This document shows positions 47,626 to 58,103 of a stretch of 64,000 nucleotides of DNA, in pieces (the stretch's first letter is position 1; each line of letters starts with the position of its first letter). The stretch comes from Eubacteriales bacterium (GTDB taxonomy: Bacteria; Bacillota; Clostridia; Oscillospirales; CAG-382): the NCBI GenBank assembly GCA_045600125.1, contig JAZRXH010000109.1, positions 3,703-67,702 of the forward strand. Reading direction: 5' to 3'. The position numbers and the translations under genes were made by a program. Under the pieces are notes generated by a model. That model did no database searches. It worked only from the letters and a program-made list of their open reading frames with translations, and was not told the origin of the DNA.

Positions 47626-47696
47626 ACAGCAAAAAAACACCGATAAAGCGAATTTTGCTTTCACCGAACAGCAGACGTTCACTCTTTTGTGCAATA

Positions 47697-47835
47697 CGCC
47701 ACCGTTGAAGCGCACTGCTTTTCCGCCGCAACAGACAGTATACGATTACTCTTTATTCAAAAATACTCTGTGAAAGTTTTCGCCCCGCCTTTTTCAAAAG
47801 GCGGGCGAGGGTGTGGGGCGAGCAGCCCCACAGCT
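47697..47835. repeat. Structured intergenic repeat element, copy B2 (R1 hairpin + palindrome + GC hairpin)
   Basis: GTTGAAGCGCACTGCTTTTCCGCCGCAACAGACAGTA ... GTTTTCGCCCCGCCTTTTTCAAAAGGCGGGCGAGGGTGTGGGGCGAGCAGCCCCAC. About 80% identical to the 3' module of copy A, with compensatory changes in the terminal hairpin. Confidence 0.7.
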
Positions 47836-47919
47836 TATGACAATGGCACCCCCAAAAGGCACAAAATAACAGAGCCGCCCGTTTCCGAGCGGCTCTTTAT
47901 TATTGAGTACGAAAGGTTA

Positions 47920-50900
47920 TCAGGTAAGATCTACCTTTTTGCCCTTAACGACTACGATGATCTCTGCGTGCTCATACATATCTTCCTTCTTGATTTCGGT
48001 GGAAGCGATGAATGCGTAGAGGTGATCTTCGCCTTCGATTCTGTAGGTCTTGCTCTTGCCGGAGAGGATGGAAGCACTCTTAACGACGAGTTCAATATCC
48101 TTTTCATCGAGGTCGAGGAAGGTAACAACGGTATCGTCGTCAACGATGTAGAACATATCGTCGCCAACAACTTCGAGGAGACCCTCTTCGTCGTCATAGC
48201 TTGCGATTTCTACAAGACCGAAGCCGGTATCCTTAAGTCTGGTGTCGGAATCAGCAACCTTACCGAGCTTGTCAACGGAACCGAACTTGTATTCGTCGTT
48301 GATGGCGCCCTTAGCGGTTACGGGGTAAATACCGAGGTTGTCACAAACAACGTTCTCAGTATCGCTGGATGCTTCGTACTCGAGCTCGGTCTTGCCGGTG
48401 AAGGGATTCATTACATCGTAGTAAACGATTCTTTCATCGCCTTCGGTGGTGATTGCGTGGCTCTTAACGATTCTGTAGTCGTAGGTCTTGCCGGATACGG
48501 TAGGAGCGGAGGTATCTGCTGCTTCTGCGTACATGTAAACAAGATCTTCAACTGCGGTGGAGTGGATATTGTTGCGGAGGATGAACTTGATGTTCTTGAG
48601 CTCGGTGGTGTTGGAGAAGTTGGGAAGATTGTCAATGTCGAAGGTGGTGAACACATCTTCGCCGTCTTCTTCGGTCTTGAGGATGAACTTGGAGCTGTCG
48701 TTGAAGTTAACGAAGGTAGCGGGGCAAACGATGCTGTTGTGCTGGCTTGTGCCCTTCTTTACGAACATGTACTGGGTACCCTTGGACTGGATGAATGCGG
48801 AAGTGGTAGCGCCGTACTCGTCGGTTTCGTTGAAGTAGTAGAGGTTGTCATCCTTGGTGTCCTTCAGAACGGAAGGATCATGGTTCTCGGTCTCGCTGAC
48901 AGGAACGATCCGGAAGGTGAAGTCGCCGGAAATCTTATCCTGAGAATAGGTGAGGAGCTTGTTTACATAGTCGGAGAAGTCATAAGCCTTCGCATCCTTG
49001 TCCCAAGCGGTGTAAGGTCTGTGTGCAATGTCTGCAAGACCCTTGTTGGTCTGAGGCTTAACGGGAACGCTCATGATCTCGCCGTTCATATAAACGTCGA
49101 TGTAGTTGCCGGTGCGCTCAAGCTTACCGTCGTATACTTCTGCAACCTGCACGGTGTATGCATACTTGCCGAGGGTGTTCGGGAAGATGATCGCATAGTC
49201 GGAAGCAACGACCTGCGTCGTAGCGGGCTTTGCGTACATAACAGTGCCGTTGACATAAACGAGGTTGTATTCAAGACCTCTTACGCCGGAGCTGGAGCTG
49301 AAGTACTTGCTGTTGTAAGGACCGGAGGAAGTGGGAACGGAAAGGGTAGCCTTGGTGTTAACACGCTCGATATTCGCAGCCTCGCCAAGACCGTTGCTGC
49401 CGACGAAGTTGATGTACTTAAGGGATGCGCCCCACATACCGCTGCTGGAGCCGTCGAAGTAAACGGTGTTGGAGTCGGAGCCGTTACCGGTGTAGGTCTT
49501 GGTAACGTATTCCCAGTCAGCGATGGCACCAACCTTGATGTAGTTTGCGTCTGCATTGATATAACCGGTAAATACGGAGCCTGCCTTGAGTGTGATGCCG
49601 CCTTCTACGGTAGCGCCTGCGGTATAAATGGTAGGAACACCGTCGGAGTTATAAATCGGGCCGAACTTTTCGCCGAGAGTGGAAGCCTTTCTGTGGCTGT
49701 CGATGCCTTCGCCTTCGTCCGTGTCGATACGGCCTGCGCAGTAAGGCTTGGTCCACATGTAGTCTACAAGACCGTCACCGTCGGAGTCCCAGCAGTCAGC
49801 TTCGTACTGAGCGTAAGTATGGGGGTCAATACCCATGTAGTACTGTACGCCGTAGTCGGAGTAAAGACCCTTGCCTCTGGAGGAAACGTCCTTCAGAAGG
49901 AGTGCTTCGTTGTTAGCGCCGGTGTTGTACCAGCCCCTGATGGAATCCCAGTACTCGTCGCCGCGGCAGAATACGTCAACGTCGGACATGAAGTTGTAGT
50001 CCTGAACGAAGTCTTCGGAATCGGGGTCACGCTGGGTAGCGCCGAGACCGATGAAGGTGATGTCCTTGTCGTCGAGGCTCTTTACGTCAACACCCTTGGT
50101 AAAGGAGTAGGGAGCGTCGAATACATAGTTGGAAACACCGTCAATGAGGACCTCACCGGTGAATCTTCTTGTACGGTTTTCACTGTTGGAGGAAGAAGCA
50201 CTGGTCTGGAAGTTGGTCGCTCTGCTATCCTTGGTTTCCGCTACGAATTTGATCTTGCCGTTCGCATAGTTGGTGCGGGTACCCTTGGAGGTAGCGGCGA
50301 AGATCTTGGGTTCGCCGGAAGCGGAGTCTTCCTTATAGTAGATGCTGAGGTCCATAAGGAAGTAATCGTCAGCCTTGCCTTCAAGACCGAGCTCCGAGAA
50401 AGGATAGTCGCCGAAAAGACCGTCATCTTCGATGTAATCATCGTCGAATACAGCGAGAGAAACGACTTCTTCGCCGTCCTCGTCGTTGTCGGTGGTGGGT
50501 CTGTCAAGACCGTAGTTAGGAGTAGCAACGACTCTCTGAACGGTCTTTTCCATCTTGAAGATCTTTTCAGCCACGTTGTCATACTCGGTGTAAAGCTCCT
50601 GACCGTTCTCGAATACAACGATAGTGCCGTCTTCCAGCTCTTCGGTACCGATGATGGTCTTGTACGCATCGTGTCCGCCTGCCATGTCGGCATAGATGGC
50701 GTTGTAAAGGAGGATGGCTACGTTGCCTCTGGAAAGAGGAGAATCGAACTTGAGGTTGGAGGGAACGTCCTCGTCGAGGCCGATCTCTTCAGCGATGTCG
50801 ATGTAGTCATAGGGATAGTTGAGGTTAACGTCCTTCTCGTAACCGAGAGCACGAACCAGCATTACGTATGCGTCCTGAAGGGTGATCTCGCCCTTGGGGT

Positions 50901-51270
50901 TAAAGGTAGTCTTGGAGGTACCCTTAATGACCTTGTTCTCGCTTGCCCACGAGATCATGAAGTAGAATGTAGGATCGTCAAGGTCTGTGAAGGGAGTGAG
51001 GTTATCGCCGCCCTCGACCGACTTGCCGGCCTTCATCATTCTGTAGATGAACGCAGCCATCTGCTGACGTGTCACCTTTTCGTTGGTTCCGAAAGTCTCG
51101 CTGCTGGTGCCCTTGGTGATGCCTACGCTCGCCAAAAGGTCAACTGCACGGGTCAGAGCCTTGTTGGAAGCCGGTACATCGTTGAATTTTGCGGATGCCG
51201 CAAAGGTTAATGTGCCGAGTGCAAGGACTGCCGATAACACAGCAGAGAGAAATTTCACTGTTTTTCTCAT
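47920..51270 (-). CDS. Large cell-surface protein with three N-terminal SLH domains (S-layer-associated)
   Basis: Signal peptide (start MRKTVKFLSAVLSAVLALGTLTFAASA at 51270; GGAGG 9 nt upstream). Three SLH repeats (FNDVPASNKALTRAVDLLASVGITKG ...). Then about 900 aa of beta-rich sequence. Confidence 0.8.
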   Translation of the reverse strand: MRKTVKFLSAVLSAVLALGTLTFAASAKFNDVPASNKALTRAVDLLASVGITKGTSSETFGTNEKVTRQQMAAFIYRMMKAGKSVEGGDNLTPFTDLDDPTFYFMISWASENKVIKGTSKTTFNPKGEITLQDAYVMLVRALGYEKDVNLNYPYDYIDIAEEIGLDEDVPSNLKFDSPLSRGNVAILLYNAIYADMAGGHDAYKTIIGTEELEDGTIVVFENGQELYTEYDNVAEKIFKMEKTVQRVVATPNYGLDRPTTDNDEDGEEVVSLAVFDDDYIEDDGLFGDYPFSELGLEGKADDYFLMDLSIYYKEDSASGEPKIFAATSKGTRTNYANGKIKFVAETKDSRATNFQTSASSSNSENRTRRFTGEVLIDGVSNYVFDAPYSFTKGVDVKSLDDKDITFIGLGATQRDPDSEDFVQDYNFMSDVDVFCRGDEYWDSIRGWYNTGANNEALLLKDVSSRGKGLYSDYGVQYYMGIDPHTYAQYEADCWDSDGDGLVDYMWTKPYCAGRIDTDEGEGIDSHRKASTLGEKFGPIYNSDGVPTIYTAGATVEGGITLKAGSVFTGYINADANYIKVGAIADWEYVTKTYTGNGSDSNTVYFDGSSSGMWGASLKYINFVGSNGLGEAANIERVNTKATLSVPTSSGPYNSKYFSSSSGVRGLEYNLVYVNGTVMYAKPATTQVVASDYAIIFPNTLGKYAYTVQVAEVYDGKLERTGNYIDVYMNGEIMSVPVKPQTNKGLADIAHRPYTAWDKDAKAYDFSDYVNKLLTYSQDKISGDFTFRIVPVSETENHDPSVLKDTKDDNLYYFNETDEYGATTSAFIQSKGTQYMFVKKGTSQHNSIVCPATFVNFNDSSKFILKTEEDGEDVFTTFDIDNLPNFSNTTELKNIKFILRNNIHSTAVEDLVYMYAEAADTSAPTVSGKTYDYRIVKSHAITTEGDERIVYYDVMNPFTGKTELEYEASSDTENVVCDNLGIYPVTAKGAINDEYKFGSVDKLGKVADSDTRLKDTGFGLVEIASYDDEEGLLEVVGDDMFYIVDDDTVVTFLDLDEKDIELVVKSASILSGKSKTYRIEGEDHLYAFIASTEIKKEDMYEHAEIIVVVKGKKVDLT

Positions 51271-51624
51271 GTTCTTATCCTCCTGAAATTTAGATACGGC
51301 AAATAGAAATCTGCCCACGGTGCTATTATAATATAGTTTTTTTCAATTTGCAAGACTTTTTTTAAGTTGTAACATATTTGTAACAAAGAAAATGCTATTT
51401 CCATTTTTAGGGCTGTTAATATTAACAATTTTACGCTTATCGAACTGAGCAACATGCACAATCGGGAAAAATCTATGAAAATTCAGGGAGAGAAAAGTGT
51501 CGGGAAACTGAAAATTTGTAAACACCGGGACACTTTTCCTTCGGAAAAAGCCCGATTTTGAACGGTCGGCAGAAAGAGCAAAATCCGCTCCGGAAGCTCT
51601 CCGGGGCGGACTGTGTTTACCTGC

Positions 51625-52992
51625 TTATTGATCATCCTGCACGTCGTCCGAGTCTTCCTCCGGCGGCATCGTGTCGGGAACCGTGAAGGGTGCCTTTTCG
51701 GAGCAGCCGGTGATTTTCAGAAGCTCCCACGTCTCGCTTTCCTCCGAGGCAAGCACAAGAGCGGCGTCACCGGAAAAGTCGGTGCCGTCCACATAGGCGA
51801 TGTCCGTGACCTCTTTGCCGCAGGCGTTGATATAGCCGCACTTTCCGTCCTTGCGGACAAGGGCGAGACCGCCGGAGAAGTTATTCGCCTTATCGTAGAT
51901 GCACTCGCAGATCACGCTGCCGTCGACAGCGACAAAGCCCGTCTTGCCGTCCTTCTCCACCCGGATCGTGCCCTGTGACGGGAGGTAGACACGGTCGTAG
52001 ACGCATTCAACCACCTCGGCGCCGTTTTTGTTGACAAAGCCCGCCTTGCCGTCCCGCATCACGGGAGCGACTCCCCCGGAGAACATGAAGTATTCGTCAC
52101 GGTTTCCGTTCGGCATGGCGTCGAAGCCGGTAATAACGACCTCGCCGTTCTTGTCCATATATCCCGTGCGGGTTCCGAGGACGATGCAGGCAAGGTCCTC
52201 GCTGTAATTGTAGAGCTTGTCGCAGCTTACGGCGAACTTCATCTTTCCGGTCTTGTCGATAAAGCCCTTCGAGGTGCCGTCCGAGGCTCTCGCCATGCCG
52301 CAGTGGAAGTCGTCGAAGTATTCATAGTCGCAGAACAGCTTCATCCTGCCGTTTTTGTTGATATAGCCGAGACCTTCCTCGCTCATGACCCGGGCAAGCC
52401 CGTCGCTGAAGGGCACGGCCTCATAGAGACCTTCTATCACGGTGTTCCCTTCGGTATCCACGAAGAGATAGTATTCGCCGTCATAGAGGAGTCCCAGACC
52501 TTCACTGAAGGCGTAGGCATTTTCATAGCCGCAGGGGACGATAAAGTCCTTTTTCTCCAAAGAATAATAGCCCCAGCCGCCGTTCTCCGAGAAGATGGGG
52601 AGAATGCCGTCGGCGATCGTCAGCTTTTTGGCATACTCATAGGGAAGCACGGTGCTGCCCTCCGCATCCGCTATCGCTATGCTGTAATCCTCGTCGAAAA
52701 TCGCAAAAAGTCCTTCGCCGAGCGCTTCGGCATAGAAGCAGTCCACGTTTTTCCCGTCGCCCCCTGCTTCGACCTTCGTCACGAGCCGTCTGTCTTCCGG
52801 AATGCCGCCGTTTTCGTCGGGAGCGTCCGTGCCTTCCGCCGTGTCGGTATTTTCGGTGATCTCCTCACCGCCTTCGTCCTTCGGCATTTTCCCGTTCTTT
52901 TCACATCCCGTAAAGCACCCGGATGCAAGGAGCAGTGCCGCAAGCAGTGCGCAGGTCCTCCCTGTTCTGTTCATCTTTTTCATTCTTTTCAT
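51625..52992 (-). CDS. WG-repeat (KWG/WG_beta_rep) lipoprotein
   Basis: Lipobox LLASGCFTGC. More than six repeats of the form (F/Y)S(E/G)GLAxVxxxGKxGFI(D/N)KxGK. Confidence 0.7.
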   Translation of the reverse strand: MKRMKKMNRTGRTCALLAALLLASGCFTGCEKNGKMPKDEGGEEITENTDTAEGTDAPDENGGIPEDRRLVTKVEAGGDGKNVDCFYAEALGEGLFAIFDEDYSIAIADAEGSTVLPYEYAKKLTIADGILPIFSENGGWGYYSLEKKDFIVPCGYENAYAFSEGLGLLYDGEYYLFVDTEGNTVIEGLYEAVPFSDGLARVMSEEGLGYINKNGRMKLFCDYEYFDDFHCGMARASDGTSKGFIDKTGKMKFAVSCDKLYNYSEDLACIVLGTRTGYMDKNGEVVITGFDAMPNGNRDEYFMFSGGVAPVMRDGKAGFVNKNGAEVVECVYDRVYLPSQGTIRVEKDGKTGFVAVDGSVICECIYDKANNFSGGLALVRKDGKCGYINACGKEVTDIAYVDGTDFSGDAALVLASEESETWELLKITGCSEKAPFTVPDTMPPEEDSDDVQDDQ

Positions 52993-53067
52993 GATATATT
53001 CAGCCTCTCTGTTTTTTATTTTGACGGATACACGCTCGCTTTTCTGCCGCCGTGCGAAAAAGCGGGA

Positions 53068-53772
53068 TCATTCCCCATCGGGTGCTTGAGGCTCGATCTC
53101 GCTGTCGAAGACCGCCTTTGACAGAACGCCCCCGAAAAGCTCCCACGGATATCCCGGCTCGGGAAGCTCCCGGACGTCGATGGACTTCTTCGTCACGGGA
53201 TGCACGAAGCGGATATGCGCCGACGCCAGAGCCATAAGCCCTCTGTTAGCGTGGCTTCCGTACTTTCCGTCCCCAAAGACGGGCATTCCTCTGTGTGAAA
53301 ACTGCGCCCGGATCTGGTGGGTCCTGCCGGTACGGAGGCGCACCCGCACAAGGGACAGAGTACCGTCCTCGGAATCGGCGCTTCCAAGCAGTTCATAGTC
53401 CAGCACCGCCTCTTTTACGCCGCCCCGCATACGGTCGGTAACGTAGCTTTTATTGGCGGCGGCGTCCCGGAACAGAAGGTCCCGGAAGGTACCGCATTTC
53501 TCCTTCGGCACGCCGTGGACGACCGTCAGATATTCCTTGGTAACGCCGCCCTCTGCCATCAGCGCCGACAGCCTGCCGGTGAGCTCCTTCTTTTTGGAAA
53601 AGACCATCAGTCCTTCGGTGGCTCGGTCGAGCCGGTGGACGAGTCCCGCGTAGTCGAGGTCGTTTTCGGCTTTCAGTACGGACAGGACGTTTTCGCCGTG
53701 GCTGTCCTCACTCAGCATCCCCGCAGGCTTCTTCGCCACCAGAAGATGCTTGTCTTTATAGAGTACCTTCAA
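53068..53772 (-). CDS. RluA-family pseudouridine synthase
   Basis: Catalytic motif HRLDRATEGLMVF and the RluA fold. Confidence 0.85.
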   Translation of the reverse strand: MKVLYKDKHLLVAKKPAGMLSEDSHGENVLSVLKAENDLDYAGLVHRLDRATEGLMVFSKKKELTGRLSALMAEGGVTKEYLTVVHGVPKEKCGTFRDLLFRDAAANKSYVTDRMRGGVKEAVLDYELLGSADSEDGTLSLVRVRLRTGRTHQIRAQFSHRGMPVFGDGKYGSHANRGLMALASAHIRFVHPVTKKSIDVRELPEPGYPWELFGGVLSKAVFDSEIEPQAPDGE

Positions 53773-53939
53773 CTTATCAAACCATCTTTTCTCAGTTATT
53801 TCTTATTATTTCCGCATTTGTTCTTCCATATCATACGTCACGGTAACATCATAGCAGATATCTTTGTATATCTCAAGAATAGGAGGTGAATATTTTGTAT
53901 TGCATCAAAACTCCTGCGATGCCCCACTAAAAGATTACT

Positions 53940-54340
53940 ATAGGAGCCCACAGAGGTGCCCCCGCGGGCACCTCGAGACCCCACCTCAGGCAAAATCTGG
54001 AATACCGATGCCCGAGTATCGTCCCGTTTTGCCGCCATATGTGCGAGAGGCAAAACTCACCACTACACCAAAATTGTGAAATTCGCCTCTGTTGCGGCGG
54101 TGCTTTATGCCGCAACAGACAGTAAACAGCGCCTCATTATTCGAAACCCGAAAACAAAACTCCGATGAAGTCGGATCTTGACTTCATCGGAGAAGTAGAG
54201 AGTAATTATTTATGCCGCCCCATGAGTTTGACCGCTTGCATATAAGGCGGTCAAACGGGATAATACTCGGGCATCGGGGATTACGATTTTGTCTGCGGTG
54301 CATTCCCGATTTGCCCGCGGGGGCTCCCCGCTGCCTGCAG
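53940..54340. repeat. MITE-like element: about 110-bp imperfect terminal inverted repeats flanking a core with an R1 hairpin and an 11-bp-stem palindrome
   Basis: The left arm (about 53960-54060) aligns with the reverse complement of the right arm (about 54220-54330). Shared blocks: GCCCCCGCGGGCA, CAAAATC, CCGATGCCCGAGTAT, TCCCGTTT, GCCGCC..ATATG, CAAAACTCA. The core holds CTGTTGCGGCggtgctttatGCCGCAACAGACAGTA (54085-54135) and CCGATGAAGTCggatcttGACTTCATCGG (54160-54190). Confidence 0.6.
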
Positions 54341-54352
54341 GGGCATCCCCGC

Positions 54353-57300
54353 TTAGGGCTTTACGTAGTAGATCTTGTAGCCTTCTTCAGCCACGTTGTT
54401 CTTCAGGAAGTTCTCGGCTGTGCCGGTGAACATGGACTGTGTTGCACCGCCGGCACCGAACTTGAGGAACTTATGACCGTAAGGAAGAACGTAGGTATTG
54501 TTCTTGTAGAGAGGCATCCAGGAAGCCTGGTTTGCACCCATATCTACGGTGAAGTGTTCAGCCATGAAGAAGATGTTATCCTCGATAAGGAAGTTTTCGG
54601 AGCAGTTGTAGTGTTCCCAACCCTTGATCTGAGCGGAACGGGAAGGATCCATGCCCCAGCCTGCGCCGGAGTAAGCAAGGAGGTTGCCCTTGATGAGGAT
54701 GTTCTTCATAAGTCTGGTTACGCCTGCGGAGTCGGGCTTACCCATGAAGTACTCGATGTTGTAGATACACTTTTCGATGACGTTGTTGGTATACTCAACG
54801 TTTGCTTCAACGCAGTCGTTGTTTCCGCCGGAGGAGATCTGGTGAGTGATACCTGCGTCGTAGCACTGGTATACGTAGCAGTTGTCGATGTAGTAACCGT
54901 CGCAGGAACCGTAAACCTCGATACCGTTACCGAATCTGGTCATGGAACCGGACTTGTAGTTCTGTGCGCAGCCGCCGATCCAGCCTACCTCACAGTTGGT
55001 GAAGGTAACGTTCTTGGTACCGCCGAGACCGCCTACACCGTGGTTGCCGGAGAAGAGGATCGCAATATTGTCGTATACGCAGTTGGAAGCGCCGCCGTTG
55101 ATGGTGTGGTTCTTGGTAGCAAGCTCGATGTTGGAGTAGAGCTTACCGGGGTTGCCTTCGTCGCAGCGGGCGTAGGTGGTGGAGGTGAAGCCGGTAAGGT
55201 CGGGAGAATCGCCGCTGATGTTGCCGTATACGGTAACGAAGCTGTGGTTAGCCTTGAAGCAGTTGGGATCGTCCTTCTTGAATGCCTTGCCTTCGATGAG
55301 GAGAACGCCGTCCTTGATGGTGGGAACGATCTTTTCGAAGGTGTCCTTTCTGTCGAGGATGATGTTACCGATATCGTTGGTCTTCTTTGCGTATTCCCAA
55401 ATGTTGGAGGTGCCTGCAACGAGCTTCCAGTTTTCTTCGCCGGCAGCGTCGCCGAGGGTGTTACCGTTGAGGATAGGCTTTGCGCCTTCGCCGTATGCGC
55501 CGTAGGTCACGCCGTTCTTAGCGGAAAGCTGGCTGGTAATTCTGTATTCGCCGCCTCTCTCAAAGAGAACTGCGTCGCCGGACTTGGGTGCGGCAAAGCC
55601 CTTAGCGGCGGTCTTGAATGCGGTTGCGGGAGACTTACCGTCGTTCGCATCGTTACCGTTGGGAGATACATAATACTTGGTGCCCTTTACTTCGGGATAT
55701 GCGTCCTTGGTAGCCTTGATCTCGGCGATTCTGTCAGCGAGAAGCTTTTCAATCTCAGCCTTCTTTGCTTCGCCTGCTTCATAGTCGGGAGTGAAGTCCT
55801 CGGTGATGGCGTCTTCGCCGACTACCATTACCCAGTGCTCCTTGTTGTCGGAGTCAATGTAGCAAACGTGTTCCTTGGATGCGTCGATGATGTCGGCGTA
55901 TGCCCAGTGATCCTTGATATCGGTGAAGGTGGAGCCGAGAACGGAGGAGAAGATGCCCTCTGCGCTGCACTTCTTGCCGTATGCGTTGTTGATGATCTTA
56001 ACGACCTCAGCACGGGTGATGGAATCGTCGGGCTTGAAGGAGTAGGTGCCGTCACCGTTCTTGGAGCCGTTGATAAGGCCGGACTTTGCAGCAGCCATGA
56101 TCACGTTGTACTTGGGGTGAGATTCGTCCACGTCAACGAAGGTCTTGGTGTAAAGCTCTGCATTGAGGAGACCCATGTTGTATACGAGCTCTGCAAATTC
56201 GGCTCTGGTGATGTTCTGATTGGGAAGGAATTCGCCGGTGTAGCCCTTGAGGTAGCCGAGGTATTCGCAGGTGGAAACGTAGTTGTAGAACCAGTCGTTC
56301 TTAGTTACGTCGGAGAATGCGGTCTCATGATGAGCAGGCACTCTGTCGTCGCCGCCGCAGGCAAGTCTTGTCACGATGGTGCAAGCCTCGGCTCTTGACA
56401 TGCTGCCTTCGGGCTTGAAGGTGTTGTCCTCGTAGCCCTTGATGAATGCGGTGTGGTAATCAGCCGAAATGGAGGGATCCTTTGCGGCGATGATGTGAGA
56501 AACGTAAATCTCGTCGTTGGCATCCATGTCGTATGCTCTCGAAACGGTGCCGAGAGGATATACGTGCATCTGGGTGATGACCGGATCGTCTGCCTCCAGA
56601 CGGTTTTCCTGTGCGGGAGTAAGGTCAAATGCGGCTGCCGCCCATCTGTTGGCAACGATGGGATCGAGGGACTTCATGCTGGTAGCCTTGGAGAAGTACT
56701 TGGACTTCATGATGTTGATCTGGGGGTTGCCCTCTACGGGAGCCTGGGAAACGTACTTGTAAACCAGGATCATGGTAGCGTAGTGGTCAACGTTGATCTT
56801 GGCGCCGCCGTAGCTCCAGCCGTCGAGGTTGATACCGGAGTTGGTCTCGGAAGCGGTGTTGGGGATGACCTTGACGGTCTGCTTGCCGTCGTACTCTGCG
56901 TTCTCGGTGAAGGCAGTGTCCTTCTTGTCGCAGATGCCGTTGAAGTAGCTCGGGAAGTCGAGAACGACTACGTCCTCGCCTACGAAGTTGTCCTTCCAGC
57001 TGATGCTGAAGGAAACGTCGGTGTCGGGCATAACGAACTCTTCGCCGCCCTTGTAAAGCTTGGATTCGTCAAAGGTAACGGTCCAGCCCTTGGCTTCCTT
57101 GGTCTCAGCGGAAACGGTGATCTCGGGAACCTTGATGATGTCGCCTTCCTTCGCCTGCATATCGGCAGGAACGCTGCCGGTCATGCCGGGAATGTTGCCT
57201 GCGTTGAAGGTGATGTTATAGAGCTTGTCCTTGTTGGGGTTCTCGGTGGTGAAGGTGAAGCTGCTGATGAGCATGTAGTCGGTGGGCTTCATGGAAGTCG

Positions 57301-57853
57301 CAGCGAGCTTATCGCCGAAGGGATAGAAGTGGAGCTGCTGAAGCATGCCGCCCTTTTCGCCGGTGACCTTGTCCTTCACAGCGGTGCCCATGTTGAAGGC
57401 TGCCGTCGTCCACTTGCCTGCCTCGGCAGTTTCGTAGGACTTCATGCCGGCAGTACCGGTAAGAACGTCGCCGTTCTTCATAAAGTTGATGTAAAGGTTG
57501 AATTCATCGGGGTTCTCGGAAACGTACTTGTACTCAACGAGGATGTACTTGTAGTAGCTGAGGTCGATGCCGAGAGAGCCGATGCTGTAGCCGTCAATGT
57601 TGATGGCGCCTGCTTCGGAGGTGTCTACGATGGGCGCAACCTTGATAACGTCGCCCTTTTCCGGGTCGGTGACCGTTTCAACGGTCGCTCTTTCTTTCTT
57701 GTCCACGTTGCCCTTCTGGATCTTCGAATAAGGGATCACGAGGGGATCGGGATGTTCTGTCACTTCGTCGTCAGCGCTGACGGTGCAGAACGCAGATGCG
57801 GTGGCTGTAAGCAGTGCCGCAAGTGCGAGGGAGAGAATTTTCTTGAAATTCAT
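54353..57853 (-). CDS. Large surface protein: signal peptide, duplicated novel about 230-aa N-domain, three central SLH domains, and a C-terminal right-handed parallel beta-helix (pectate-lyase-like) domain; paralog 1 of 3
   Basis: Signal MNFKKILSLALAALLTATASA. Internal duplication (each copy contains YKYVSE/Q and QLHFYPFG / QMHVYPLG). SLH repeats at about aa 470-650. Beta-helix repeats (NCVYDNIAILFSGNHGVGGLGG ... NNVIEKCIYNIEYF). Confidence 0.8.
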   Translation of the reverse strand: MNFKKILSLALAALLTATASAFCTVSADDEVTEHPDPLVIPYSKIQKGNVDKKERATVETVTDPEKGDVIKVAPIVDTSEAGAINIDGYSIGSLGIDLSYYKYILVEYKYVSENPDEFNLYINFMKNGDVLTGTAGMKSYETAEAGKWTTAAFNMGTAVKDKVTGEKGGMLQQLHFYPFGDKLAATSMKPTDYMLISSFTFTTENPNKDKLYNITFNAGNIPGMTGSVPADMQAKEGDIIKVPEITVSAETKEAKGWTVTFDESKLYKGGEEFVMPDTDVSFSISWKDNFVGEDVVVLDFPSYFNGICDKKDTAFTENAEYDGKQTVKVIPNTASETNSGINLDGWSYGGAKINVDHYATMILVYKYVSQAPVEGNPQINIMKSKYFSKATSMKSLDPIVANRWAAAAFDLTPAQENRLEADDPVITQMHVYPLGTVSRAYDMDANDEIYVSHIIAAKDPSISADYHTAFIKGYEDNTFKPEGSMSRAEACTIVTRLACGGDDRVPAHHETAFSDVTKNDWFYNYVSTCEYLGYLKGYTGEFLPNQNITRAEFAELVYNMGLLNAELYTKTFVDVDESHPKYNVIMAAAKSGLINGSKNGDGTYSFKPDDSITRAEVVKIINNAYGKKCSAEGIFSSVLGSTFTDIKDHWAYADIIDASKEHVCYIDSDNKEHWVMVVGEDAITEDFTPDYEAGEAKKAEIEKLLADRIAEIKATKDAYPEVKGTKYYVSPNGNDANDGKSPATAFKTAAKGFAAPKSGDAVLFERGGEYRITSQLSAKNGVTYGAYGEGAKPILNGNTLGDAAGEENWKLVAGTSNIWEYAKKTNDIGNIILDRKDTFEKIVPTIKDGVLLIEGKAFKKDDPNCFKANHSFVTVYGNISGDSPDLTGFTSTTYARCDEGNPGKLYSNIELATKNHTINGGASNCVYDNIAILFSGNHGVGGLGGTKNVTFTNCEVGWIGGCAQNYKSGSMTRFGNGIEVYGSCDGYYIDNCYVYQCYDAGITHQISSGGNNDCVEANVEYTNNVIEKCIYNIEYFMGKPDSAGVTRLMKNILIKGNLLAYSGAGWGMDPSRSAQIKGWEHYNCSENFLIEDNIFFMAEHFTVDMGANQASWMPLYKNNTYVLPYGHKFLKFGAGGATQSMFTGTAENFLKNNVAEEGYKIYYVKP

Positions 57854-58103
57854 ACTGTACTTGTGCTCCTTTCAAAAGCAAAAATTTGACCCTTTCATAT
57901 TAGCACAAAATTATGTCCTAATCTACAATAATTCGTCACATAAACATAATTTCGTACGATATCACAAATACAGGTGCTTCATTTTGTGCAAAAAGCAATA
58001 AAATCCTGCCGCACACTTTGCTTTTTACTGAGTATACGGCAGGATTTCTTAATAAATATGCGGGATTTGCTTATTTTCGGCTCTTCCCCGTCTGTTTTTT
58101 CGG

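Noticed and set aside
47689-51210. 1173-aa plus-strand ORF (G/V-rich translation)
   Set aside because: It is the antisense shadow of the minus-strand SLH surface-protein gene (47920..51270), which has signal peptide, SLH motifs and an RBS. The G/V-rich repetitive translation is typical of antisense frames in high-GC DNA.
54212-57889. Long plus-strand ORFs 54212..56398 and 56453..57889; likewise 58125..59798, 61530..62420 and 63057..63707
   Set aside because: All are antisense to the three SLH/beta-helix paralog genes. Their translations are low-complexity G/V/D-rich with no motifs.
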